A stretch of DNA of 64,000 nt from Vicugna vicugna. Taxonomy: Eukaryota. Position numbers and translations under genes: made by a program. Positions within the stretch are counted from its first letter, which is position 1, and every line of letters starts with the position of its first letter. The stretch covers positions 2,046,911-2,110,910 of the forward strand of contig MU058531.1 of the NCBI GenBank assembly GCA_013265495.1, in the 5' to 3' direction. Shown one piece after another: positions 27,001-39,319 of this stretch. The notes beneath the pieces were generated by a model. That model had not been told where the DNA came from and searched no databases. It saw only the letters and a program-made list of their open reading frames with translations.

Positions 27001-28486
27001 TTCTGCTAATAACCCTTTAGATGAAAAGCAGAATTTTTTTTCTATTTCAAAGGGTCTTTGACACAGCCAAGAAACAGAATTTTCATGAAAATGCTAATAT
27101 AAATCCTTTAAAAAATAGTAAGACTAATCTGCACACAGCTTTGCTATCTACAGAAGCATATAATACTTTCCAATTTGGGGTTCACATAGAAATTCTAAGA
27201 CGAGGTGAGAACTCCTTTTAGTGCAAATCATAGAACTAAATGGAGCTTGCACTAGTCAATATGCTAGGATCAAATTCTATTTTTTGAGCAGAATTTATAA
27301 ATATATCCATCTCCTGTGGCTGACAATTGCTTAACAGATAAATACACTAAGGGAAGGCTTATGCAATAGGAGTAGCAAGCAGTACATAGGAATTTAAAAT
27401 ATCAAACACCCTCCAATCAGGGGCCTGCTTCTCATTTCATGAGAAAAAGGTGAAGCATTAATTATAATTAGTCATGAAAATTCCCAAAGCCTTTCATAAA
27501 AGCATCTTTCAGAAACTGGAGGCCAAATAAACTTCTGGTCACATGCTGTTTTTGTTTTTCTTCCTGGCAATGTACATTCTAGTGCAAATATATTCAGGAA
27601 GCAAACTTTAAACTGAAAATTAAGAGCTGATTGCAAAATTCTACGTTAATAAAAGAGCTTAAAAAACACATTTTAATTTACACAAAAATCAAACATCTTG
27701 CAGCAAAAATTAGGCATAATCAAGGGAAAACTACCAGACGTCCTACCAATCACAGCACTAGAGAACGCCACAGGTCGTCCAAAAGACGCATTCGCTTTAG
27801 CCAACAGCTCTTTCCTCCCGCCAAAGCTGTCCCTAGAGCGTCAGAGAATAACCCAACGAGAGATTTATGATTTTCCCCTTTTGATCTCACCCCCACCCTC
27901 CCCAACACATCCACCTGCTTAGAGGTGTCAAGGCGACTAGAAATGGTTAACAGTGACCAGCAGCAGAGACTGAGAAACAAACACCCCTGACAACCCACAG
28001 CTGAGTAAGCAAGAGCTGTTTATTCACGAACATGTTCCATTTGGAGACTATCGGCGAGCCCTTGAAAGCCCAGGCACATTTTAGAAGGTTCCTAGAGAGG
28101 GAGAGAATAATCTCTCCACCCCAACCCGCTTCCCCCTCCCACCCCGGCCAAACACACACTGAGAGGCTCGGGTGGGAACCATCTGGTGGAGGCAGCGCCT
28201 GCCCTCCCGACCCCTCGGGAATAACCGCACTCACTAGAGCATCCGACCCCTTGCGGGGGTTGTGTAACTCCCCAAAATGAGCTCAGACGCGGCAGAGGCT
28301 GCCTCCAGCGCCGAAGGCTTCAGCTGGAGCTTCTGCCACCCCCGCCCCCGCCACGGCCCGCCCGACGCCGCGGCCGGGACTGGGGACCCTGCCGAGACAT
28401 GGCCCTTTGGCCCCCTCCCCTCACCTGGCTCGGTCCCACCTGAGCGCAAGAGCCGAGGAGAAAAGAAATAGGCAGGGAGGGCTGAC

Positions 28487-28640
28487 CTTGATGCTACTGA
28501 CAGTGGAGCGGCACATCCTGCTGCTTCCTGGAAAGCGGCCCGCAGGACATTTTTCCCCCTGGAGGAAGGAAACGGGAGGGCGCCGGCCGGGCGGCGGCGG
28601 GCGCGGCGGCGGTGGTCGGGGCGGGCTGTGCAGCCTCTAG
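28487..28640 (-). other. CPEB3: Probable non-coding first exon of CPEB3 (5' boundary approximate)
   Basis: - strand donor AAG|GTCAGC (intron begins at 28486) inside the island. CPEB3 is head-to-head with MARCHF5 in mammals. No CPEB3 coding sequence is in the window, so identity rests on synteny. Confidence 0.68.
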
Positions 28641-28656
28641 CGGGGACGGTCCGAGG

Positions 28657-28675
28657 ACTACATCTCCCAGGCTGC
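28657..28675 (+). promoter_or_regulatory. ZNF143/THAP11-type SBS motif
   Basis: ACTACATCTCCCAGGCTGC matches ACTACAnnTCCCAnnnTGC. It lies between the two inferred divergent transcript starts, next to a GC box at ~28617-28626. Confidence 0.75.
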
Positions 28676-29052
28676 TCTGGGCCGCTTTGCGTCGTGACCC
28701 CGGCGCGCACGGAGGCGGTGACTCTTACCTCACAGAGGTAGCTCCTCCGCCGGCAGCAGCTCGGCGCCCGCGGTCCATGGACCGGAACCCTGGGCCGACG
28801 GGCAGGAACCCGGGCCGCGATCGCCGCCTCCCCGCCCCAGGCTCCTCCTCCTCGCTCCCCACCGCCTCCTCCGGACGCCCGCGGGCCGCGCACCGCTGCC
28901 GCCTGGCCCTCGGAGCCGCCCCGGGAGGCTGGGTGGCGGGTTCGCGGCTACCGCCGGACTGAGGCCTACTCCGTCGCCTCTCAGTGCTATTGTCCCTGGG
29001 CCCGGCCCTGACCGGGCCCACCGGGGAGGCGAGTGCTCCGGCTCCGCGGAAG

Positions 29053-29087
29053 ATGCCGGACCAAGCCCTACAGCAGATGCTGGACAG
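29053..29087 (+). CDS. MARCHF5: MARCHF5 coding exon 1 (MPDQALQQMLD-R, phase-2 donor)
   Basis: ATG at 29053 (AAGATGC) encodes the recognisable MARCHF5 N-terminus. Donor AG|GTACGG follows 29087. Joins exon 2 in frame (AG+A = Arg12). Confidence 0.97.
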
Positions 29088-29757
29088 GTACGGGTGGCCT
29101 TGGGGGAGGACGAGCCGCGGACCCTCGCCTCCGGCCCTGTCCGCGCCCGACCTCAGGGCTCTTCCGAAGCCGACCCCCGCGTGTCGGGAGGAGTTCCACG
29201 GCCTGGGGGCCGGGTGCGGGGCAGAAAGTTTGCAGTCCGTTCTTGGGGGAGGGCAGAGCGGGCGGCCCGGGTGCGTAGACTTAAAGCGAAACTAAGTTAA
29301 GGAGTGGCGTATAGTTTTGCTGGAACGACATTGCGAAGTACGAGGGGCTCATGTTAACCCACAGTCAGTTTCTTTTTGTTACTCTCCTCCTCCCCTCCCC
29401 CTCAAACTATGTTGTAACGTGTTTGTCAGCGATGTCAGTGGCAAGAAGAACCAGACCGTCTTTCTGGGAAATGATTCTTCTCCAGTTTTAACACTTTTTC
29501 CAAAAACCAAGGACAGACATTCTTCTGGAAAGCTTCATAGATTGACTTCACTCCTTCCCCCATCCCATCCCCACCCCAAACTGTATCCGCAAGGGACTTG
29601 ACCAGAGTAGGGGTTATGGAAAACAGCCTTGAGTCCAACCTTGAACTCTTAGCGTATTTCACCATTCGTTGAGTTCACTAAGAAAGCTTAATCTTGTAGT
29701 GGGGCCAGTTGTGCATTCCTGGGGGGCTCCAGTGGGTAAAACTCTGTGAAATCGGCT

Positions 29758-29776
29758 GCACCGCCCTCTGCTGTTC
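29758..29776 (-). promoter_or_regulatory. Candidate CTCF site in MARCHF5 intron 1
   Basis: - strand GAACAGCAGAGGGCGGTGC resembles the CTCF core CCAGCAGRGGGCG. Motif match only. Confidence 0.5.
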
Positions 29777-30795
29777 GAATTCAGATTCATGGGTTCTACC
29801 GTGAGTTTTTTGAAGACCCTTAATCCACATTTTCCCCTAAACCAGGCCTTAACTTCCTGGCATAGCCATGCTACAGGCTAATGCATAGTGTTTGGTTGCC
29901 TACAACTCTCGATAGACCACTTGCCACTCTGTTCAGCAGGTGAGACAGCTCTCTGTACTGAGAAAAGGTCCGACTGTAAGGTGTTAAATGAAAGGCCTCC
30001 CTTAAATGAGATTATACCCGGTTCAGTGCAGTTTGGATCTGCCCCACCCAGAACACATGTCCTCCCAGAGAGACAGGCATTTCTTTTAGGGCTTGAAATT
30101 TTGAGACATCTAAGTTGATAAGAAATCATGTTACTGAATTCTTTCAATTTGGGGTGACCCAGTGATTAATCCAGCCCTTGTTTGAGGAGAGCATTCAGGT
30201 CAGGTTGTATTGACTACCCACCCTCTTTTTATGTAAGCAGTTTAACAAGCTCCTAGAAGGCAGAAACTTATTCACCATTTATCTTGAATCCTACAACAGA
30301 GCCTGGTACTTAGCAGGTTATCAGTAAATACTTGTTTCGTGACAAATGCATGAACTTTTTTGTCATTTTCCCCAGTTCTCTAGGGGTCTGATAATTTACC
30401 AGGTAAATGATAATTTACCATACTGGCAAATTACACAGGACTCCTGAAATACGCCCACCTCCTGCCACTGCCAATTCTAATCAAATGAGACCCTATTCTG
30501 GTAGAGGGTATTTTATAATTTTTTTTTCCTTCGGAGGGCCTGTTGCTTCCATTTTTAGGTAGGTGACTTTTAGGAAAGTTTGTGTCCAAAAGCTGATCTG
30601 GCTTTCAGACACTCTTTGGAGATTTCCATAAAAGTAAAAAATCCAAGGAGTGCTAGTGAGGCGTTTAAAATGTCTCAACAGAAACTTGAAAATTCTGGTT
30701 GCATATACTGAAGCAGGTGACTATACTGGCTTCCCTCATCTTCTGTATCTTTTTGACATACCTCAAGGTAGATTCTTAAGATGACATTCAAAGAT

Positions 30796-30900
30796 TTTTT
30801 TTTTAATTTTTGATTTTTTTTAATGAAGGTACTGGGGATTGAACCCAGGACCTCAACATGCTGAGTATACGTTCTACCACTGAGCTATACCCCCAGTTCC
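30796..30900 (-). mobile_element. tRNA-Ala-derived SINE (vic-1-like)
   Basis: Same body (GTACTGGGGATTGAACCCAGGACC...ACCACTGAGCTATACC on +) with a T-rich tail. TSD-like TCAAAGAT at 30788-30795 and 30901-30908. Confidence 0.87.
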
Positions 30901-33900
30901 TCAAAGATCTTTATTATCTAAGTCAGTATTTTGCAACCTGGCTTCATGTTAGAATCACCTGGGGTATGGATGGATGCCTGGCTCTGCCCAAGACCAGTTA
31001 GTTCACAAATTTCTGAAGAATGGGGCCTGAGCATGTATATCTTCAGAGGCTTTCCAGATGTTTGTTGTGGTTGAAAACCCCTATAAACCCTAAGGGATTA
31101 TTTCATGAGAAGAGATAGTATGGGTTCATAAGAAAAGCTTGGCAGAAATCTTGAAATTCTCATTTTGCACTTACTAGCTTTGTGACTTTGGACTTAAATT
31201 CTGAGTCTCTGCATCTTCATTTATAAAATGATAACGTCCTACCTCACAGGACCACAGCAGATGAGAACACAGGTAAGTACTTCGTAAAACAGTAAAATGC
31301 TATTCAGATGTTAGGCACACAGATGGTACTTGAGATTATAGTGTAACCAACCAGAGTAGCAATCCCCGCTCCATGCCCATCTCCATATTTACTATCATCT
31401 TAATCTAGGCGGGTCCTACCTGCAAGCTGAACAGTAAGATACTTGATAGGTTCATTTGAGGAATACTGACAGGCCCAACAGACTAAAATATGTCAGCCCA
31501 TTAGGACCCAGAATTCTTGCCATGAATTTGGCTTCCCCCCCAAGCTTAGTCTCTGGCAATTTTTGAGGGACAGAATTTAGCTCAGAATTTTGCCCATATG
31601 TTGATTTCTTCAGTTCAAGTTTTATCCTTGAGAAGAGTAAGGAAATGTGTATAACACACATTGTTCTTTTGCTTCTAGGCTAAAATTAGGCATTTTATAG
31701 TGCTTACTAAACACTTGTATTCATTGAGTTGATTTATTAAATATTGATGCCTGCATTTGCCCGGTACCATTCTGGGCCCTTGGTATTTGTGGTAGTGAGC
31801 TTAACCAAAAATGCTTATATGGAGCTTAAATTTTAGTGAGATTTGTGTTCCATAAATTGTTACATAAAATGAAGATTATGTTTCTATAACATGAATGGTA
31901 TGTTCAGTTTATATATTTAGTCTTTCAGGGGTTTTTAATTAATAGTTACTTACTAATAGCTGAAATTAAATTGCCTTGTCCTTTGTGAATAACTAAATTT
32001 AGTTTAGCAGTTACTTATCTGGATAAATTTTATTATTCCAGTGTTTATAGGTGGAAAGAGTATATATAGGTATATATTTTGATTGCCTTTCATTTTTATA
32101 ACAAGCAGCTTCTTTATGTAAATTTATCATTTGAACCTTTTAAATTGTTTGAGAATAGTGGAAAAGGGGTGGCTTTCTAGTATCATGAATGATTTGGGGT
32201 CACACATCATTGCCCTGAAATTATAACCATTCATAAACTCAAAGTCTTTACATTAGGCTCTCTGAATCTTGGATAGTTTCTCTTCCTTTCCTTCATTGCC
32301 AGACTTTTTAAAGAAATCTGTTGTATATTATTCTGTCACCATCTACTTTCTTGTTTTCTCTTTTATTTCTAAAAATTAGAATTAAATGTATAGAGAATAC
32401 AAATAATATAAAAAACTATAAGAATGGACCTCAGTTAAAGCCTGGTGAGAAATACTTCTGGAAATTTGACTTTTGTGTACCCTTCTCGCAGCAAACATTC
32501 AGGAATCTGTTGAGGTTGTTTTGCATCACTTACTTGCGCCTGGTGGGTAGACAAGGAATGTAACCAGTGTCCCCAGAACAGTCAGATGAGGAGAAAAGCA
32601 GGGAGAATGATCTGCTCCCCACCTGCCTCCTGCAGTGGCAAGGTGAATTAGAATCCTTACTCTAAGTGGTTATCACCACACATGTACATCCCTTTAGAGG
32701 TTGTAGAGTGTTCTGATAGGACTATGCTATATTATCTTCTGATTTATATAAACATCTCATAGTTACCAGTAAAGCACCTTCTCATTCTCTTTGTCAGTTG
32801 GCATCTTTTCCTCAGTCACATTATTGTCCCATTTTGACGATTACAGAACAATACCTGGAATTTAAAAACATTAGGAATTAGTTATATTTCCTTCCATCTC
32901 TATGTAAAAAGTGGAAACATTACAGATAAAGACCCCTTTGAACACTATCCCCAGTCCCATGTCTTCCCCGCATCCCCACTACACTATCATAAACAGGTTT
33001 ATGTTCTTCCAGTCTTTGTTTAATGCATTTATATATACTATATATAATTCATAGTTCTGTTTTTGTTTCTAAAATTTAAATATATCAATCTGCAACTTGC
33101 TTTTGAAAATATTGAGATCTGTGATACACAGCAATTAAAGAGAATATGTATATAATCCATGGTATTAACATTGCACTCTTCTTTCTTAATCCATTCCCCT
33201 GTTCATGACATTTAGTTTTTTATTTTCTCATTATCTCTTGTAATTTGACTTTCACTCACCTTTCTTGTCCTTAGCTCTCCTAAAGTATATCAAAAGTTAC
33301 CAGTAATTTCTTAACTGGTAAACCTAATGACTTTTCTTCTTGGTCTTCACATCCCTTGACATTTATGTAATGAAGATGAAAATGGTGACCACCACCCCCT
33401 AGCTTCTTGAAACTGTGTTCAGTTCTGTCACACTATTTGTCTGTCTTTTGCTTTTTCTCCCTTATGTATCACCTTACCTTTACTCCCTTCAGTCGTTTAA
33501 ATACAGTTCAATCCTCAGGGTTTACCATTCTCTGAAAAGTATACCCACTTACTATCTCACCTTTATATGAGTGGCTCCCAGATGTATGTCTTTATTCCTG
33601 ACCTCTTTCCCACACTTTGGGTATACACAGTATTACTAGCACCTTAACCTATCCAAAACTAAACTACCAACACTTCTTTGGCTTTTACTTACCGTGACTT
33701 CCCAATTTCTGGCCTTTAATAGGACCATTCTAGTCTATCAGCCATAACCTACATCTTTTTTTTTCTTTCATTCTTTTTTGCTTCTTTTCCTCTAAATCCA
33801 CTTGCTTATCAAATACTGTATATTCTTCTTTCTGACTTCAGTTTTTCTCTTCCATTTTGACTTATTAGAATTGGCCAAGGCACAGTCATGTCATGTCCAT

Positions 33901-36900
33901 GCTTTAAAAACCTGCCAGTCTTTACATCACCTATAGGATAAGAACTAACCTTTCAAGACCCTAGTGAAGGGATTTAGCTCTATTAATATAATCCCGCCCC
34001 AACCTACTTTAACCATACTCTTCTGCACTCCACTTCGTTGTTCTCTGAATATATCTTGCTCTTCATCTTCTTATTTTTGCTTTAGATTACTTCCTCTTTT
34101 TGACATCTGGCCAACTCTGACACATCTTTGGAATTCAGCTCAAGTATCACCTTGAAGCATTACACAGCTCCTTTAAACAGAACGAGTTACTTCTTCCTGT
34201 ATTTCCATAGAACCATTGTGCATTTATCATAGTACATCACACTACTGCAGTTTTTTAGTGTACCTATCCGTGTCTCAGAGCCTTCCATACACACCCTTTA
34301 CTACTACTGCCATACACATTCAAGCGGCAGTTCACTGAGAACAGATTACCCCACAAGGGTACATTGGAAACACTGTAGAATCATAGTGTCTTTCTTTTCA
34401 ATATTTATGACATATCAATGCCTAGAATAATCTTACTGAAGCACCATTTTAAAAATACCTCCTTTGCTCAAAACCTTCTGTGTTTTCTTAATTGCTTATT
34501 AAGCTTAAGTTCAAATTCTTTAGCCTGGCCTTTGAGATCCTCCATAATCATACTTGTCCTCCCTATTATGCTTAAGACACTGAGTATATGGCTGGCATCA
34601 ACTACCTTTTTAAAGTTTTGCTTCTCTTTAAAGAAGAATGCATAAAGTTCATGTCTTTTGCCCAGGCCAAACTGATTTGCTCACTGTCCTGTGTTCTTTT
34701 CAGCATCTTGTCTTTTAAAATTCTACCTGCTCTTCAAGATCCAGTTTAGTTTCTGCCTCATTTATAAAGCTTTTCTGACCATTTCAGCCAGAAATATTTC
34801 CCTCTTTCTCCAGACCCATGTAGCAGTCCTTTACATGTCAGACATACATAGCTGCCTCCCATCTCTTTACATGCCATGGTTCATAACATGAGAGATGGTA
34901 ATTTTTATATGGCATATTGGAGTACACAATGGGTTTAGCGTCTAAACAATGGGTTTAGACTTCTGGTGAAAGCTCCTTATGGCTGCTTAAAAGTACCGTA
35001 GCAAAAATGAAACATGTAATCTCTTGTACTGGCTATAATTCCCTTAGAAATGAGAGATGGAAAATTTTCTCAGAATACCCCATCCACATGGCAGCATGGT
35101 GCTGTGATAAAGCTGATGCTTTGGAGTTGAGGCCTAGGTTGCATCCACACCTTTTTACTTAACCATGAGGGCTTGAGCAGGGCATTTAACCCTTCTGGGC
35201 TTTTGTTCCCTTATTTATTTAATATGGAAATAATTATGCTTGCAGAGTTTATGAAGATCAGAGAGAAAGGGCATGGCATGAATATATGCTTAGTAAATGA
35301 TTACTTTCCTTGTGGTATATTTCCCTTTCCCTCTTTCAGAATGTGCCATGATTGTGGTTATAACTCTTTGATGAATCCAGATACTTTAACTTCCATTCCA
35401 GTTGGGTGAACAAACATATAAAGGGATTTTTAGTCTTCTTGATGGTATAGTTCCTGTTCAGAATACATGGGATGTGACACTTTTAATCCTAAGACAAAGC
35501 AAGCAGTTTGCATTTTTTCTATTGTTAAATGGGGTGTTCCTTACATTAACCAGAGGATGGTTCTGTAAGTATGTCCCAAATTAAGGACATTACTTTTTCT
35601 CTTTCTAAAGTCATGCGAATACATTGTTAAGGCACCATATATAATACAGCAACAACAATTTAAAGCTTGTTTCATTGCTCTCAGTCCTATATTCTAGAAC
35701 TCTTCTGTTCTGCTATGCTCCAGTGTTCATCAGAGTGATCTCTGGGGCAGGAGCCTATGATTTACCAGATGTTTCTAATAATCCAAGATAAACACCTGCA
35801 GTTTGAGTCTGCAAAGATAGGCTTTACTGCCAGCTGTTTTATTAGATAACCATACCTACCTTGCTTAGTTAATTTATGTGCCAGTGAGAAACTATTCTAT
35901 TGATGAGTAAAGTTTCCTCCCCTTTTTTCCCCACATACTTTTAAAATAATTAACTTAGACATATAAACAATGATTTAGTCACAAATGAACCCTGTGAAAT
36001 CAGGTTACCTTTGTCATCCATCATTTCCCAACTGGTTTGTAATATCTAGCTTTGTTTTAAAACCTTTCTGCTCCAACCACATTGGTCTTCTCATTGTGAC
36101 GATATGCTCATTTCTATCTCTAAGCTTGTTTCTGCCGATTTTCTTACTTCAAATACCCTTATTCTTTTCATTCTCCAGTCCTCGTCTCACCTGTAGTTCG
36201 TTCTCATGAAACCTCAGCATTTTCATCCTGTATTTCATGTGGTCGTCATCATATTTCTGTATGGTCACTAACATCGTTTCTTGGCACTTTATGTTTTGTG
36301 TGGTTGTTTTTATGTGGTCCTTCTTGCATATATTTGTTCCTTAACTAGACTGTATATTTCTTGTGACATCAAATAATGAACATACTTAATAGGTACTCAA
36401 GTTGATTAAGAGATCTTGAATACTTAGATTTAAGACAGACCATGTATTCCTCAAACTGCTTATAAATTTTACTATTAAGAAGGATATGTAACTGGAAAAA
36501 AGTTACAATTTTAAAATCATGTAGAATTAAATGACTGATCTTTTATAAAGAGTGGCATGTTATACATACGGATTAGTGATATTACCAATGCCAATAAGGC
36601 TATACATTTATTTTAAAGGATAAGTAATATTCTTTAGATTGGTCTAATTTAGTTCTTCATATTATAATAGTGATTTGTTCTTTGATCTCTGAACTGAGCA
36701 TGATAATTCCCAGATCTCTCTTTATAAACTAATGAGCCCTACCTTGGCTGGTGGAAAAGTGTGGAAGTAAACAGTGAGTGTGTATATCAGCCAACAGGCA
36801 GCATTTAGAAAACCCAATGAAAGGAAAAGAAGAGTAGAAGAAAATGAATTGAGGACTTTAATGAATATTTTAAGCAGTAGTGTTGACCTATGGAGAAAAA

Positions 36901-37992
36901 CTGGGGGGTGATTAGGGATCCAGGACTTTTTTCCACCGAATGGCAGGGTGCCAAGCAGAATTGTTTTATGCATTAATTTAGGCAAGAAATGCATTCATAA
37001 AATCTAAGCAGAGATGTAAAGTTGACACCATCCTTCTCATCTCTGTAGGTGCCATTATTGCTACTGTTTATTTGGTTATATATGTTCCAGGCAATTCTTA
37101 AGCAGTTTCATGATCACTTGTTTAATCCTTTGCAATAGAGAATCTTAACATAAAACCTTTTTATGCTGAGAACTCCTTTGACAGTTTAGTTAAGTCTATG
37201 GGTTCCTTCTTAGAATGTTTTGAAAGAATAAAACAAAACATATAAGTCAGAAATGAAGCAATTTTGTTGAAATAGTTATCAAAATATTAAAAATCTGGCA
37301 TAGTTGTATAGGCTTTAACACATTTAAATACAAAATCTATTGGTTTATCTATTGTCAATAGATAATTTCAAATTAGTGATGGGCTAAATGTTATTTTGGG
37401 ATCTGTACAGCTGTAATATGAAAATTTCTGGTCACTGTACTAAGTTCTAATTGCTGTACTGCAAATATGACAATGGTTTGCTTACATTCATCATTGTAAA
37501 AAAATTTAAAATTTTCTTAGAGTTTAGTGAAAATAAAGGTGTGATTTTTTTCCCATCCAGGTTTATCAGCCCCGTGAATTTTTCATGGACCTCAAATTAG
37601 GAACCCCTACCCTACAAAAAAACACTCTGAATGAGATTGTCATTAAACCTAAAATAAGTGGTGAGCAGGAATTTGAACTCAGGCAATCTGGCTCCAAAGC
37701 CCAAATTTTTTAACTAGTTAGAATATCCTGAACTTAAAAAATCTTTTCCCCAAATTTAGCCAGCTTTTTTCCTTAGGAAAAAAAAAATCTCAAGCATTTT
37801 ATTTACTGTTTAAATTTAAAACCAAATGACTTTAAAGTATTTACTTTAAAGTTGAATGTAAAATGAAATTTTATTTTTGTATTATGGTGAGTTGAGGAAG
37901 CTTACAAAGGGGAGAAATATGGAAAAAGGAAAGAAGAATAGCCAGAGCAGAGGTTCTCAAAGTTTAGGTATCATGATTACCTGAAGGACTTC

Positions 37993-38610
37993 ACAATGTT
38001 GGTGATTCCTCAAAAAATCAAAAATAGAATTAGCATATGACCCAGCAATTTCACTTCTAGGTATATACTCAAAAGAATTGAAAGCAGAGTCTCAAAGAGA
38101 TATTTGTACACCCATGTTCATAGCAGCATTATTCACAATAGCTAAAACTTAGAAGCAGTCCTAGTATCTATGATTAATGAATGGATAAGCAAAATGTGGA
38201 ACACAATGGAATATTATTCAGCCTCAAAAAGGAAGGATATTCTGCAATATGCTATATCGTGGATGAACCTTGAAGACATTAAAAAAAAACTAAATACGGG
38301 ATGATTTCACTTATATGAGGTACTTAGATTAGTCAAAATTAAAACACAGAAAGTGTACTTACTGGTGGTTGTCAGGGGCTGAGGGGAGAGGAGATTGAGG
38401 AATTGTTTAATGAGCACATAGACTTTGCTTTACAAGATGAAAAGAGTTCTAGGGATGGGTGGTGGTGATTGATGGTAGCACAAAAATTTAAATGTATTTA
38501 ATACCACTGAACTTTATACTTAAAAATGGTTAAGATGGTAAATTTTGTATTTATATATACTTTACCACAATAAAAAACATAATTTAAAAAGAAGTTAAAA
38601 TAAAAATTTT
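37993..38610 (+). mobile_element. L1 3' end splitting a MER5A-like element (~37946-37992 and ~38620-38740)
   Basis: ATATGACCCAGCAATT...CCCATGTTCATAGCAGCATTATTCACAATAGC...AAAATGGTTAAGATGGTAAATTTT plus A tail. MER5 halves on either side. Confidence 0.85.
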
Positions 38611-39319
38611 AAATGTAGTATTGAGTCCCATCCTCAAGAGTTTCTGATCCTGTAGGTCTGGGGTAGGACCTGAGAATTTGTATTTCTAGCACGTTCGCAG
38701 AAGATACTTACACGTAACACTAAGCACTGCTTTCTGAGAGACTGGAGGATTGAAGAGAACAAGGGGAGGAAATGACTTATTAAAGGAAAACTGTTATTTA
38801 GAATTTGGTCAGAAATTACCACCTCTTCTTGGGTGTAGACTTTAAAAGGTTTTTGGCTTTGTCCTTTGAAATAGAAAATAGCCAAATTATATTCACCTTT
38901 TAAGGGTATTAAAATTGCCATCCCATAAGTTATAACATTAAAATATGTAATAACTTAAAGTGGAATTAAAGTTATATTGATCCTACAATGCAAATATTAT
39001 GGTATTATAAGTAAAAAGTTTTAATTTCAAAATACTTGGTTTTACATTTGTTGGCTGTTTTTAGCTGAGAAATGATATGAGCCGATAGCAGAATCAAGAG
39101 CATATTTTTGCCCTGTGTGAGAAACAGAAGAACTTGGAAGACTCAAAGTCCTTGCAGTGAGAATTAGGTTTATTTAAGTCTTTTCCGCTCAAGTTCCTGT
39201 CAGTAGGAAACAAAGCTGTTGACAAAAAATACTGTGTGTACATAAAAAAGCTCTTAGGAGTTTACATTATATTATTGTTCTGGGGCTATCTCATACCCAG
39301 TTTCTCACGCTCTGTAACA

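Larger units (their letters stand above)
28100..29350. promoter_or_regulatory. CpG island, bidirectional promoter (MARCHF5 on +, CPEB3 on -)
   Basis: Sharp rise in GC and CpG density against AT-rich flanks. Contains the MARCHF5 start codon and several - strand splice donors. Boundaries approximate. Confidence 0.92.

Noticed and set aside
28234..28893. 219-aa - strand ORF and other overlapping ORFs in the CpG island
   Set aside because: Low-complexity Arg/Gly/Ala/Pro translations are expected from GC-rich DNA, and no domain is recognisable.
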